A DNA stretch of 64,000 bases, taken from an uncultured Planctomycetaceae bacterium (GTDB lineage: Bacteria; Planctomycetota; Planctomycetia; Isosphaerales; Isosphaeraceae). A program made the position numbers and the translations under genes. Below the pieces are notes generated by a model. The model was not told the DNA's origin. It saw only the letters and a program-made list of their open reading frames with translations, and did not search any database. The stretch spans positions 2,080,001 to 2,144,000 of the forward strand of contig CAWIAD010000001.1 in the NCBI GenBank assembly GCA_963833985.1, given 5' to 3'. This document shows positions 23,036-33,405 of the stretch, piece after piece. The stretch's first letter is position 1. Each line of letters starts with the position of its first letter.

Positions 23036-24793
23036 TCACGGCGTGATGGCCGACAGGTGGTCTGCCACCGGGCCAAGCACGAGGGCGGGCATGAACGACA
23101 GCGCGCCGACCAGGAGCACGGTCCCGAGCAGCATGCAGGCGAAGGTCAGGTTGTCGGTGCGCAGGGTGCCGGTGGAGTAGGGCACGCGCTTCTTCGCCGC
23201 CAGGAACCCGGCCAGGACGATCGGCAAGACCAGGGCCGGAAATCGGCCCAGCAGCAACACCATTCCCGTGGCGACGTTCCAGGCCGGCGTGTTGTCTCCC
23301 AGGCCTTCAAAGCCGGAGCCGTTATTCGCGGACGCCGATGTGAACTCGTAGAGGATCTCGGAGAAGCCGTGCGCGCCGGGGTTCGCCGTCGCCTTCGCCC
23401 CCCAGTCGGTGGCCGCGAACAGGCCGGCCCCCGCCAGGATCAGCAAAGGATGCATGAGCATCACGATCATGGCGAGCTTGACCTCGCGCGCCTCCACCTT
23501 CTTTCCCAGGTACTCCGGCGTGCGGCCGACCATGAGCCCGGCAAGGAAGACGGCGACGATGATGAACATGAGCATGTTCTCAAACCCGGCACCAATGCCG
23601 CTGAACACCACGTTCAGCATCATCATGGACAAGGGCACGATGCCGGTGATCGGGTTCAAGCTGTCGTGCATGCTATTGACCGAACCGTTGGACGTTCCCG
23701 TGGTCATCGCGGCCCAGGTGGCCGAGGCGACCGGACCCAGCCTGGTTTCCTTGCCTTCCATGTTGGCGCCCTCGGCCACTCCGGAGAGGTTCGCCGTCGC
23801 GGCCGATGGCCTGGTTTCGGCCCAGATGGCCACCGAGGCCCCCACGACCATCAGGCTGAGCATCACGCCGAAGATCACCGCCGCGTGCTTCCGTTCCTTG
23901 AGCATCAGGCCGGCCATCACGATGGACGCCATGGGCAGCATGACAATGAGCGCGATCGATACGAGGTTCGTCCACGGGGTCGGGTTTTCGAATGGATGAG
24001 CCGAGTTGGGCCCGAAGAACCCGCCTCCATTGGTTCCCGCCTGCTTGATCGCCACCAGCGCAGCCACAGGCCCGCGGGCGATGGTTTGCGTCTCCATGCC
24101 GGCGCCTGCACCGTCGATCGTCTGCGCCGGGGCCGCGGCGCTGAAGGTCATGGGCGTGCCCTGGGAGACCAGGAACAGTGACACCACCACGGCGACGGGC
24201 ATGAAGACATAGAGCAGCCCGCGCATCATGTCCAGGTAGAAATCACCCAGGTGCGTGTCACCGCGCAGGCCGCGGATGACCGCGAGCATCGCCGCCAGGC
24301 CCACCGCCGGCGTCACGAACATGAGCCAGACGATGCCACCAAGCTGGCAGAAGTACGAGAGGTGCTGTTCACCGGAGTAATGCTGAAGGTTGGTGTTGGT
24401 GACGAACGAGCAGACCGTATTGAACACGACGGCCGTATCGGCGTCCTTGTGTTCCACTCCCGCGGCATCCTTGTAGCCGAGTGCGCCCAAGGAGCCCTTA
24501 CCGTCAGGGTTCAGCGGCAGGTGCGGCTGCGCGTAGAGCAGGCCGAAAGTGATCACGAAAAGCGCGGCGTTGAAGGTCAGAAGTGCGAAGCAGTACTGCT
24601 TCCAGTTCATCGCCGCGGGCTGCCGCCGGCCGAGCAGCCGGCACAGGAACATCGGCACGGCATCGAGACCGCGTCCGATGCGATCCGGCCGCGGATCGAG
24701 CGCGCGGAACATCGAGTATCCCAGCGGCAACGACGCTGCGATGGGCAATCCGAACGCCCAGAACGGGTGCATCCAGGCATAAGAAGATCCCAC
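23036..24793 (-). CDS. kdpA: K+-transporting ATPase subunit A
   Basis: SFVTNTNLQHYSGE, IKQAGTNGGGFF, NSAHPFENP, SNGSVNSMHDS, SANNGSGF. GAGGAG RBS before GTG. Confidence 0.96.
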   Translation of the reverse strand: MGSSYAWMHPFWAFGLPIAASLPLGYSMFRALDPRPDRIGRGLDAVPMFLCRLLGRRQPAAMNWKQYCFALLTFNAALFVITFGLLYAQPHLPLNPDGKGSLGALGYKDAAGVEHKDADTAVVFNTVCSFVTNTNLQHYSGEQHLSYFCQLGGIVWLMFVTPAVGLAAMLAVIRGLRGDTHLGDFYLDMMRGLLYVFMPVAVVVSLFLVSQGTPMTFSAAAPAQTIDGAGAGMETQTIARGPVAALVAIKQAGTNGGGFFGPNSAHPFENPTPWTNLVSIALIVMLPMASIVMAGLMLKERKHAAVIFGVMLSLMVVGASVAIWAETRPSAATANLSGVAEGANMEGKETRLGPVASATWAAMTTGTSNGSVNSMHDSLNPITGIVPLSMMMLNVVFSGIGAGFENMLMFIIVAVFLAGLMVGRTPEYLGKKVEAREVKLAMIVMLMHPLLILAGAGLFAATDWGAKATANPGAHGFSEILYEFTSASANNGSGFEGLGDNTPAWNVATGMVLLLGRFPALVLPIVLAGFLAAKKRVPYSTGTLRTDNLTFACMLLGTVLLVGALSFMPALVLGPVADHLSAITP

Positions 24794-24824
24794 AAATCAC
24801 TCCTCTTGTGCAAATGGCTGTGAG

Positions 24825-24905
24825 TCAGAACCGTTCCGGCCGCAGCATGGCGTAGACGAGGTACACCAGGGCCGCCACGGTGACAAGCGCGGTGACATAG
24901 AGCAC
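24825..24905 (-). CDS. kdpF: KdpF micro-subunit (26 aa)
   Basis: MLYVTALVTVAALVYLVYAMLRPERF with the YLxYAxxxPERF motif; GGGAGAG RBS; directly upstream of kdpA. Confidence 0.9.
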   Translation of the reverse strand: MLYVTALVTVAALVYLVYAMLRPERF

Positions 24906-24924
24906 GTCGATCTCTCCCGGGAAA

Positions 24925-25005
24925 CTAGAGCCGGTCGCACGCGGCGACCAGGCCGAAAAAGAGCCCGAACAGCAGCATTCCAAGGGCAAACGTCGCAATG
25001 GCCAA
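24925..25005 (-). CDS. Second hydrophobic micro-peptide upstream of kdpF (26 aa)
   Basis: TTG start with an AGGAG RBS 7 nt upstream: MAIATFALGMLLFGLFFGLVAACDRL*. One TM helix. Confidence 0.7.
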   Translation of the reverse strand: MAIATFALGMLLFGLFFGLVAACDRL

Positions 25006-25189
25006 GGTACGTCTCCTGAGAAGGGCCTTGAGGGTTCAAGAGACCCACGCGGGCCGTTTCCAAGCACCAGAAACGGGACAGAACAGTGATCTCGGCCGGG
25101 ACTGCGGCTGCGGCCAGCGCATGTTCTGGCGATCCCCGGAAGTCGGCGTCGATCCCGCTTCGGCAATCGCCAGTCGCCAGGCCCGAACG

Positions 25190-25813
25190 CTACATTTGCA
25201 GCAGCTCTCCGACGGCACGGAACGAGAAGGTGTCAGGGTGCAGTCGGCAGGACTGAAGTGCCTGACGCAGCTTCTGCACCTGCGGCGTGCCCGGCCGGAG
25301 GCTGTCCGACACACGCAGGAAGAACTCGGCATCGTCGAACTCGCGGCGCTCCAGAGCCAGCCGGCAACGCCTGAGGTTCTCCTCGAACAGGGCGCTTGGA
25401 CCAGGAGGTACCGGCTCCTGCCGATCCAGAGCGTGCCGGGTCGCGGCCCGGGCGCAGGCCTGGGCGGTGACGGACCGCAGCGTGGTCGGGCTGATGGGCT
25501 TGGGCAAGAAATCCAGGGCACCGAGCTTCATCGCCGCCACGGCGTCGGGAACGCTGCCGTGCGCCGTGATGATGATTACCGGTGTATCGTCGCCGGCATC
25601 ACGCAGCCGCGCCAGGGTCTCCATGCCGCAGGCCCTGGGCATCTTCAGATCGAGCAAGATCAGATCGGTCGGCACCTGACGAAGCTGCTCGAGCGCCTCG
25701 TCGCCGTCGCCCGCCTCGGTCACCTGGTACCCGATCGCTTCCAGGGCGGTCCGGAAGACGAGCCGGACATTGGGCTCATCATCCACGATCAGGATTCGTT
25801 GGCTCGTATCCAT
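25190..25813 (-). CDS. Response regulator, receiver plus short helical C-terminal domain
   Basis: ILIVDDE, LLDLKMP, ITAHG, FLPKP; no evident DNA-binding HTH. Confidence 0.88.
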   Translation of the reverse strand: MDTSQRILIVDDEPNVRLVFRTALEAIGYQVTEAGDGDEALEQLRQVPTDLILLDLKMPRACGMETLARLRDAGDDTPVIIITAHGSVPDAVAAMKLGALDFLPKPISPTTLRSVTAQACARAATRHALDRQEPVPPGPSALFEENLRRCRLALERREFDDAEFFLRVSDSLRPGTPQVQKLRQALQSCRLHPDTFSFRAVGELLQM

Positions 25814-25838
25814 GGACTCGCCTGCATCCTCCCCTGAA

Positions 25839-27734
25839 TCAAACCTGGCTCACGGTGAGCCGGTTCTGGCCGGACATCCCGGTCCCGTCCTGCTCTTCCA
25901 TGGCCGCCGGCAGACTGAACGTGAAGGTCGTCCCCTTGCCGAGCGTGCTCTGAACTTCGATCTGACCGCCGTGGGCGACGATGATCTCGTGCACGATCGC
26001 CAGCCCGAGCCCGGCCCCACCCTGGTGCCTTGCCCCGGGCGCACGGAAAAACTTGTCAAAGACGCGCGGCAGGAACTGTGCGGGAATGCCCTCGCCGCTG
26101 TCTTCCACCGTGAACCGTACCTGGCCTGGCTGCACGGCTGCCGCCCGCAAGGTGATGGTCCCCCCGCGTCCGGTATGCCGCAGCGCGTTGGTCATGAGGT
26201 TGTCGAAGACGTGCTGGATCCGCTCCCCGTCCACCAGGACCTGGGACAGATGCGGATCGAGCTGCGTCCGCAGCGTGATCCCTGCGTCCTGTGCTGCCGG
26301 CCTGTGCCGTTCGAGCGCATCGCTGACCAGCGACTCGGCGGCGGCCGGTTGCTGCTCGAGCGCCACGCGCCCCTGCTCGATCCGGGTCAGGTCAAGCAGA
26401 TCATTGATCATGCCCAGCAGCCGGTCAGAATCTTGCCGCGCCGCCAGGAGCAACTCCGTCTGCTTGGGCGAGAGCGGCCCCACCGCCTCCTCGAGCAGCA
26501 AGTGGACGACCATTTGCAAGCTGGTCAGAGGCGTCTTCAGCTCGTGGCTGACGGTCGAGATCATGTCGCTCTTGAGCTGATCCAGGAGATGGAACTTCGT
26601 GACGTCGGAAAGCACGACCGCGGCACCGAGCAGCTCTCCCGAGTCGCTGCGGATCCGCAGCACGCGCGGCAGAAAATAGCGGTCCTGGTTGCCGTCGCGG
26701 AGAAACATCGCCTGTTCCAGGCTCAGCGGGAGGTAGTCTGCCTGACCCTGGAGCACGGAATCGAGATGCGCCTTGAGCGCCGGCGGGGCGATCCAGGGCA
26801 ACGCCTCTCCCGCCGCATCGGGCATGACTTGCAGGAGCCTTCTGGCAGCCGGGTTGGCGCGCTCCACGCCTCCCTGGAGATCGACCACGACGACGGGATC
26901 GGGGAACGAGTCGATCGTGGCCTGAGCCGTCTTCTGGGCCCGCAGGAGGCGCAGCGTCCCCGCTTCGCGGTACTCACGAACCGTCCGGGCCATGGTATTG
27001 AACGCCTGACCCAGCTCTCCCAGCTCATCCTGGGTCGTCGCGGGCACCACCTGGTTCAGGTTTCCCTGCGCCACGGCACGCGCGGCCTGGGTCACGGCCA
27101 CGATCGGTTCCAGGATCAGCCGCGTGAGCACCCGCGCCGAGGCAATCGCCAGGCCGACGGCCACCAGCAGCGCCGTGATCATCAACCGGGTGGAACTGGC
27201 CGCGTTTCGAAGTGCCTGCTCGTTCATCTCTTCCATGTTGCGCTGGTTCAGGAACAGGACGCGGTCCTCAAGCTTGCGAAGGTTTTCAAACCGGGGGAGG
27301 AGCCTCGCGAAATAAAGGTCGGCCCGGTCGGCGGTGGTGGTGTTCCCCACCAGCCTGAAGTAGTCGTCGGCCTGCTTGAGATACTCCTGGTACTCGGCTG
27401 TCAGTTCGGCAACGAGTTCACGCTCGCCGGGAACCGTGATGTTGTTCTGCTCCACCTGGAGCTGGCGTTCGAATTCCTCCTTCGACCTGTCGAACGAATC
27501 GCGAGCGTGGCCATACCGCCCACTGAAGGAAAACATGAGCGCTGAGTCCATCCGCTCGAGTGCTTCTTTCATCCGTTCCACGGCAATCACGCTGCGGTAG
27601 TTCTCACGCAGGATCACGTCGATACTGCCTCCCAGTCCGTAGAACATGGCAATGGCCCAGAGCCCAAGGCCGATGAGGATTGCCAGCAACGGCAGGAAGC
27701 CAAACAGCAGCTTCAGTCGCAACGTTTTGAACAT
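25839..27734 (-). CDS. HAMP/PAS sensor histidine kinase (KinB-like)
   Basis: Two TMs around a helical sensor domain, HAMP (DELGELGQAFN), PAS, H-box SHELKTPL, N/G boxes (NLMTNA, DSGEG, GAGLGL). Confidence 0.92.
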   Translation of the reverse strand: MFKTLRLKLLFGFLPLLAILIGLGLWAIAMFYGLGGSIDVILRENYRSVIAVERMKEALERMDSALMFSFSGRYGHARDSFDRSKEEFERQLQVEQNNITVPGERELVAELTAEYQEYLKQADDYFRLVGNTTTADRADLYFARLLPRFENLRKLEDRVLFLNQRNMEEMNEQALRNAASSTRLMITALLVAVGLAIASARVLTRLILEPIVAVTQAARAVAQGNLNQVVPATTQDELGELGQAFNTMARTVREYREAGTLRLLRAQKTAQATIDSFPDPVVVVDLQGGVERANPAARRLLQVMPDAAGEALPWIAPPALKAHLDSVLQGQADYLPLSLEQAMFLRDGNQDRYFLPRVLRIRSDSGELLGAAVVLSDVTKFHLLDQLKSDMISTVSHELKTPLTSLQMVVHLLLEEAVGPLSPKQTELLLAARQDSDRLLGMINDLLDLTRIEQGRVALEQQPAAAESLVSDALERHRPAAQDAGITLRTQLDPHLSQVLVDGERIQHVFDNLMTNALRHTGRGGTITLRAAAVQPGQVRFTVEDSGEGIPAQFLPRVFDKFFRAPGARHQGGAGLGLAIVHEIIVAHGGQIEVQSTLGKGTTFTFSLPAAMEEQDGTGMSGQNRLTVSQV

Positions 27735-27765
27735 GCTCTTGCTCGTCACATCGAGACCCATTCAA

Positions 27766-27781
27766 AGCAAGCGCCATGCCA
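27766..27781 (-). promoter_or_regulatory. Sigma54 (-24/-12) promoter
   Basis: Minus strand TGGCATGGCGCTTGCT has exact GG-N10-GC spacing, about 30 nt upstream of the kinase ATG and next to a sigma54 activator gene. Confidence 0.75.
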
Positions 27782-27868
27782 GGCTCGTAGCCGCGAGCGG
27801 AAGTCATGGCCCGTCGTTGATTTATGATTTCTGGCCCAGTTCAGACGTGCGATCCGGGGCCGGCCGCC

Positions 27869-27919
27869 GTCATGCATTCCGCAAGACCTGGACCCCCGCG
27901 GGTCATGCAAGTTGCAAGA
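27869..27919. promoter_or_regulatory. Tandem candidate enhancer (UAS) sites
   Basis: GTCATGCATTCCGCAAGA (27869-27886) and GTCATGCAAGTTGCAAGA (27902-27919): 14/18 identical, 33 bp apart, about 90-140 bp upstream of the -24 box. Confidence 0.55.
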
Positions 27920-27998
27920 GCCAGAAGTGGGCGGCGTGCTTCACTCCAGGGCAGGGCGGGGGGGCCGTACCCGTCCCTGCCCAGCGTCGCCGACCCGT

Positions 27999-29347
27999 TC
28001 AAAGCCCCAGTTGTTTTCGCTTGCGGTAAAGCGTGCTGGGATCGATGCCGAGGATGCGCGCGGCCTCATCCCGCGTTTCCGTGTTCTGGAGGATGAGCCG
28101 GATGTGCTCGGCCTCGAGTTGCTCGAGCGTGAACCGGCCACCCGGCCGGATCATTCCCTGGGGCCTCTCTGTCTCACCGGAAGGCGCGCCGGCCACACGT
28201 CCGGGCAGATCACCGAGCTCGATTGGACCGTCGCAAGCGAACAGCACGGCGCGCTCGATGGCATTGCGCAGCTCTCTCAGGTTCCCCGGCCAGGAGTACA
28301 TGGACATTGCCTCCCGGGCCGCGGCCGAGAAGCCATCGGGTTTGTGGCCGAGCTGGCGGCTGAAGAAAGAGAGCAAGGCCGTGGCCAGCTCCATCCGGTC
28401 GGCACGCATACGAAGCGGAGGAAGAGTGAACTCGACGACATTGAGCCGATAGAGCAGGTCCTCCCGGAATCGACCGGCGGCGACCTCGGTCTCGAGATCA
28501 CGGTTGGTCGCCGCGATCAACCGCACCTCGGCGCTCTGCGTGCGGGTGTCGCCGACCCGCTCGTACTTGCGCTCCTGTAGAAACCGCAGGAGTTTGGGTT
28601 GCAGGGGCAAGGGCAAGTCGGCGATCTCATCCAGGAAGAGCGTGCCGCCGGCGGCCGCGGCCACCTTGCCGAAGGTATCACGGACCGCGCCCGTGAATGC
28701 GCCCGGACGTGACCGAACATCTCGCTCTCCAGCAAGTCGCTACTCAGGCTGGGGCAGCTTACCGTCACAAACGGCCCGGACGCCCTTCCGCTCCAGCCGT
28801 GGATCCGCCTGGCAAGAACGCCCTTTCCCGTGCCGCTCTCGCCCCTGACCAGGACGATCGCGTCGCTGGCGGCCACGCGCCGGGCCTGCTGGAGGATCCT
28901 GGCGAGCTGCGGATCCGAGCTTTCCAGGACCGCCTCCGGCACCTCGCTGCGGACCTGCTCCTCGAGATCCGCGACGCGCCGGTGCAGCTTGCGAAACTGC
29001 TCCGTGCGCTCCAGCACCGCACGGATCTGTGCTGGAGTGAAGGGCTTGGGCAGAAAATCGAAAGCGCCTCGGCGCATCGCCTCCACCGCGCTGTCAATGC
29101 TGCCATGGGCCGTGATGATCACCACGGCCAGGTGGGGCCGTTCCCGGAGCGCCTGCTCCATGAGGTCCAGTCCCGATTCCACCCCCAGACGCAAATCCAC
29201 CAGCAATGCGTCGTAGGAGTTCCGCTCGAGCTGCGCCAGGGCAGAGGACCGGTCGGTCGCCTCCGCGGCTTTGTGGCCCATGGCTTCGAGGGCGATCTTC
29301 AGGGTCTGGCGGATGTGCGGCTCGTCATCGACGACCAGGATGCGCAT
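27999..29347 (-). CDS. Sigma54-dependent response regulator (NtrC/AlgB-like), one frameshift near 28700
   Basis: Receiver domain, GESGTGK, ESEMFGH then GAFTGA restored by one added base, [39 protein letters not shown]. Confidence 0.9.
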
Positions 29348-29455
29348 GGCAAGGGGACCACAGCAGGTGAGCGAGTTCGCGTTCACCCTATTGTGGCACA
29401 CCGGCGGCAGCGGTGGGAATTCCGCCCTCGCCCTGAGGGGCGGAGCCTCGTTCGC

Positions 29456-31327
29456 TCATGAACTGGTGCAGGAGTGGTCCGCGGCGATGGGAGCCGCCCT
29501 GTCGGCCGCGCTCTGGCGGCCTCGTTTCTGCTCGGCGAAGAAGTTTTCGAGGTTCGACCGCGCCGTGCGGTCCTCGGGGCAAAGCTTGAGTGCCTTGACC
29601 AGGTGCGAGCGAGCCTCGTATGTCTTCCCCTGGAGGGCCAGGATCACACCCAGGTCGCGATGCGCCTCGGCGAGGTAGGGGTCCAGCTCCAGCGCCCGCC
29701 GCAACGGATCCTCGGCCAGGTCCGGGTGGTGCAGCAGCAGCAGCAAGCTGGCCAGGTGATGATGCATCTTGGGCAAATCGGGCGCGAAGTCCACGCCCCG
29801 GCGCATGGTACGGATGGCCTCGATATCATTCCCCTGCCGGGCCAATGCCTCGGCCAGGTAGAGATGCGCCTTGGCCGAACGCGGCGCGATCCGCACCGCC
29901 GCCTGGTACTGCACCATGGCGTCGTCGTCGAAACCCACCTGGGTCAATGCCAGCGCGAGATTGCCGTGTGCCTCGAGGGAACGGTCGGACCCGACCTGCA
30001 AGGCATGGTCCCAGAGCGCCACCGAATGACGCCAGGTCGCGCACTGGTACCAGCTCAGGCAGCAAAGGACCAGGGCTGCCGTGACCGCAAGGCCGGCCGA
30101 GGCAATCCGGATGGCCGGCCGACATCCCAGGAGCCGCACCAGCAAGAAGGCCAGTACGGGCACCCAGGGAAGGCTTGCGGCATAGCTGTAGCGGTCGGCC
30201 GCGAGCTGCGGGCTGTAGCGAACGAGCCCCGAGTTGGGTGCCAGGATGATGAGGTAGGCCACCCATGCTGCCGCGAAGGCCGGCCACCGTCTGCGCTCTC
30301 GCCAGGCGAGCAGGCTGACAGCGAGCACGCCGGCCGCGCACGCCGCGAAGCCTGGCTGCGTGAGCCGCACCCACCTGTCCTCCTCACGGGGATAGACGAT
30401 TGTCAGGCCGATGGGAAGCATCGTCTTGGCGGGATAGAACCAGAGCCCGTAGGCCGCGTCGGCGAGCCGTGCGGAGAGCGGAGCCGCCACCGGCTCTCCG
30501 CTGTCGAACTGCGGGTAGTTCTTCGCCCGGTAGGCCAGGTACATCATCACCAGGCTGAAGATGAGGAGGGGCAGCTTCTCCGCCAGGATGGTCGCCCACC
30601 GCCAGCAAGCGCAAATGCGTGTCCCGTCCTGCCGAAACCGGCCCAGCGGGTGGGCATCCAGGACCAGGAGCAGCAGCGGGTAAGTCACGGCCACGGCCTT
30701 GAAGAGCATCGCGGCCGCTCCAAGCAGGTAGCCGCCGGCCAGGTAGATTCTCCGGGTCGACCAGGGAATCTCCCCATCAAAGGCTTTCACGTATGCGGCG
30801 ATTCCCAGCAGCATGCATAGCACGCTGGGCAGATAGGGCTGAGCCGAAAGCCAGACCACCGCCTCGGTACGGAGCGGGTGAACGCCGTACAGGAGCGTGG
30901 CCAGACCCACGCCAAGCAATTCCGCTCGCGAGTTCCGGCCGGGCCGGCCGCGCCGGGCGCGATCGAGCAAGATCCAGGCGGCCGCGAACAGTGCCACGCA
31001 GGTCATGGCGTGCAAGCCAAGACTCACCGCGTGATAGCCGCCAGGGTGTAGACTCCAGAGCGCGAACTCCAGGAAGATGAGGACCCAGGACAGGGGCTGG
31101 TAAACACCCAGCCAGCAGGTTGTCCAGGCCCAGGCCAGCTTCTTACAAACCGCATAGTTAAGCGCCTGGTTGCCGACGAAGTTCCGGTTATCGTCCATGT
31201 TCACGAAATCACAGCCGATCGCCGGCAGGAAGGCGATGACCGCCGCAACCGCGATCCAGAAGCCAATGCGCAATCCCAGACGACGACTGGAGCTCTCCTG
31301 ATCCTCTTCCCCGCTCACCCGATTCAT
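29456..31327 (-). CDS. Multi-TM GT-C-like protein with C-terminal TPRs (TMTC-like)
   Basis: FVNMDD, YQPLSW, HPLRTEAVVW, ADRYSY, W-x5-LW, followed by several TPR repeats. Confidence 0.85.
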   Translation of the reverse strand: MNRVSGEEDQESSSRRLGLRIGFWIAVAAVIAFLPAIGCDFVNMDDNRNFVGNQALNYAVCKKLAWAWTTCWLGVYQPLSWVLIFLEFALWSLHPGGYHAVSLGLHAMTCVALFAAAWILLDRARRGRPGRNSRAELLGVGLATLLYGVHPLRTEAVVWLSAQPYLPSVLCMLLGIAAYVKAFDGEIPWSTRRIYLAGGYLLGAAAMLFKAVAVTYPLLLLVLDAHPLGRFRQDGTRICACWRWATILAEKLPLLIFSLVMMYLAYRAKNYPQFDSGEPVAAPLSARLADAAYGLWFYPAKTMLPIGLTIVYPREEDRWVRLTQPGFAACAAGVLAVSLLAWRERRRWPAFAAAWVAYLIILAPNSGLVRYSPQLAADRYSYAASLPWVPVLAFLLVRLLGCRPAIRIASAGLAVTAALVLCCLSWYQCATWRHSVALWDHALQVGSDRSLEAHGNLALALTQVGFDDDAMVQYQAAVRIAPRSAKAHLYLAEALARQGNDIEAIRTMRRGVDFAPDLPKMHHHLASLLLLLHHPDLAEDPLRRALELDPYLAEAHRDLGVILALQGKTYEARSHLVKALKLCPEDRTARSNLENFFAEQKRGRQSAADRAAPIAADHSCTSS

Positions 31328-31608
31328 CTCCAGGGCTCCCCGGCTAACCTCCGAGAGTGGCGCAACGCGGTCCCCACACCTTTTAAATAGAACATGAAAG
31401 GCAATCGCTCAAACGACGGCCATTCCATGATCTCATGCGACGATACGAGATCCGGATCGCCCGGCCGCTGCCGGGGCCTCGGCGCTCGACCACAAAGTGA
31501 GTCTTTGCTCGTGACTTCCGCGATGACACCGGTATTATTCAGAGGACGCACTCATCTAGCTATTCATAGCATCAACTTCGCCCGGAATTTGAGCGAGGAG
31601 GTCTGGAC

Positions 31609-32286
31609 ATGATCTCCGGTTCCCGGTGTATGCACTGCCAGCACGAACTGGCTCCCCCGGATGCACTGCGCCGCGGGCCACTCCGTTGCCCTGGCTGCGG
31701 CCGCGTGGTGGCCGACGAGGCTGCTTGCGAATCCGACCGGACAGCGCCCGTGGACAGGGTCGAATTGAGTCCGCCGGCCGCCGTCACGGCGATTTATGAT
31801 CTTGTCATCCCTGACACGGAGTTGCCCGGGGCAATGGCCCTGGACTCAGCCTTGCCGCTTCGCTGCACGGCTGCTGCGGTCACGGGCCAGGCGAGGGCAG
31901 CCGAGGAGCGTACGCTGCTCGAGATCGTCAAGGATAGCGCCCTGGGAGCAAGTCAGCTGCAAGGACTCAGCCTCTGTCTGGTGGCGCTGAGCATTGCGGA
32001 TATCCTGATGACGTTCGCGCTGCTGCGCAATGACGAGAGCTATTACGAGTCGAACCCGGTCGCAGGCTGGTTCTTCGCCCGCTGGAACATGGCTGGCCTG
32101 GTCGCGTTCAAGTTCTCGGCGATCGCCGGCGCCATCGCGCTGGGCGAGCTCATCGAGCGGCGCCGTGGTGGGCTCGGTAAGCTGGTGCTCGCGGTCGGCT
32201 GCGCGGCCGCGGCTGCCGTCGTCTGGCACAGCCTGCGTCTGTATCTGGGGACCTCCGGACTGCCGATCGTCGGAGACATCGGTTGA
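31609..32286 (+). CDS. DUF5658-like membrane protein with N-terminal zinc ribbon
   Basis: CxxC...CPxC at the N-terminus; D..MT...YESNPVA...FK membrane motif. Confidence 0.7.
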   Translation: MISGSRCMHCQHELAPPDALRRGPLRCPGCGRVVADEAACESDRTAPVDRVELSPPAAVTAIYDLVIPDTELPGAMALDSALPLRCTAAAVTGQARAAEERTLLEIVKDSALGASQLQGLSLCLVALSIADILMTFALLRNDESYYESNPVAGWFFARWNMAGLVAFKFSAIAGAIALGELIERRRGGLGKLVLAVGCAAAAAVVWHSLRLYLGTSGLPIVGDIG

Positions 32287-32317
32287 TGCGGAGAGGGCGA
32301 CCGGTTCCCGTGAATTC

Positions 32318-33405
32318 TCAGAACGCGTCCGCCGAGAGGATCTCGCCACCATCTCGTGTGGACAGGCTGCGCCAGGATGCCAGGCTGACGGAATCGCGCA
32401 CGAAGCCGACATGGCCGTCGCAATAAAGCACGTTGACCCCGCCGGGATGGAAGCTGCGCCGGCCTTCCAGCCCGGGTTGTGATAAGTCACGCAGTCGTCC
32501 CGGATGGAATTCGGTCCCAGGTAATGATTGTAGAGAGTGTTCAAATAATTGCCGTCCCACCAGCTCGAGCCCTTGAAGAGCATCCACCCGCGGCCGGCGG
32601 CGGAGCAGGCGTCGTCCGTGAGCGGAGCCGACCAGACACGCGCGAAGGCCCGCACGCGCGGGCTCGGCGCCGGGGATGGCGAGGTCTGCGTGTAGGTTCC
32701 GGGAATTCCCAGCGGCTGCTCGGACGCGGCTGCGGTGCCGCTGGCGCCGTCGCGGATCGTCGCCAGCGATTGCGACGGTCCGAGGATGAACGCCCCGTTG
32801 GCAAGAGTGGCGTCTCCTCCGTTGGAGCCGTCGCCGGCGCAGAAGGCGTAGTTCGTTGGCCCTGAGGTCGGATCGGGCGGAACCCCGCCATCGCTGGGGC
32901 ACAGAAAGAGCGCGACGCTGGTCCCCATGGCCGTGGCATTGGCCGGGTAGTACGGCCAGAAGGCCGAGCTGGAACCGGATGCCGGCTGGTGGGCGATCGG
33001 AAAGTTGAAATTGAGGGCGCCATAAAGCACGGTCTGCTCGAGGAAGGGCGCCATCTGGGCCAGCGCCGACCAGCGATACTGCTGCGGTGACGAGTCGGGC
33101 AGAACGTTGTTCTTCGTGGGATAGAGGAATCCCACGGGGAAGCAGTTGAGGGCCGAGTGGTAATTGTGCAGCGCGATGCCGAGCTGTTTCAGGTTGCTCA
33201 GGCACTGGGTGCGCCGGGCGGCCTCGCGCGCGGCCTGCACTGCTGGCAGGAGCAGCGCGATCAGCACCGCGATGATGGCGATCACGACCAGCAGTTCGAT
33301 GAGGGTGAACCCCGGTTGCGGCCGGGCATGCAGCCGGAGACGCGCACGCGACGTTCCAGCGTCCCTCGCATCATCCGGCCAGTCAGTCGTTGGGTCTGGG
33401 CCCAC
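32318..33405 (-). CDS. DUF1559 prepilin-type protein, one frameshift near 32460
   Basis: [14 protein letters not shown]...AREAARR. The shifted tail [17 protein letters not shown]...[10 protein letters not shown] ends at 32318. Start uncertain. Confidence 0.88.

Noticed and set aside
20803..24181. Long antisense ORFs (747 aa, 488 aa) and similar ones elsewhere, e.g. 7905-9875, 25770-27545, 58152-59864
   Set aside because: Shadow frames of well-supported genes, expected in high-GC DNA, with no recognisable motifs.
25160..25185. TGGC...TTGC upstream of the kdp peptides as a second sigma54 promoter
   Set aside because: GG-to-GC spacing is 12 or 5 nt, not the required 10.
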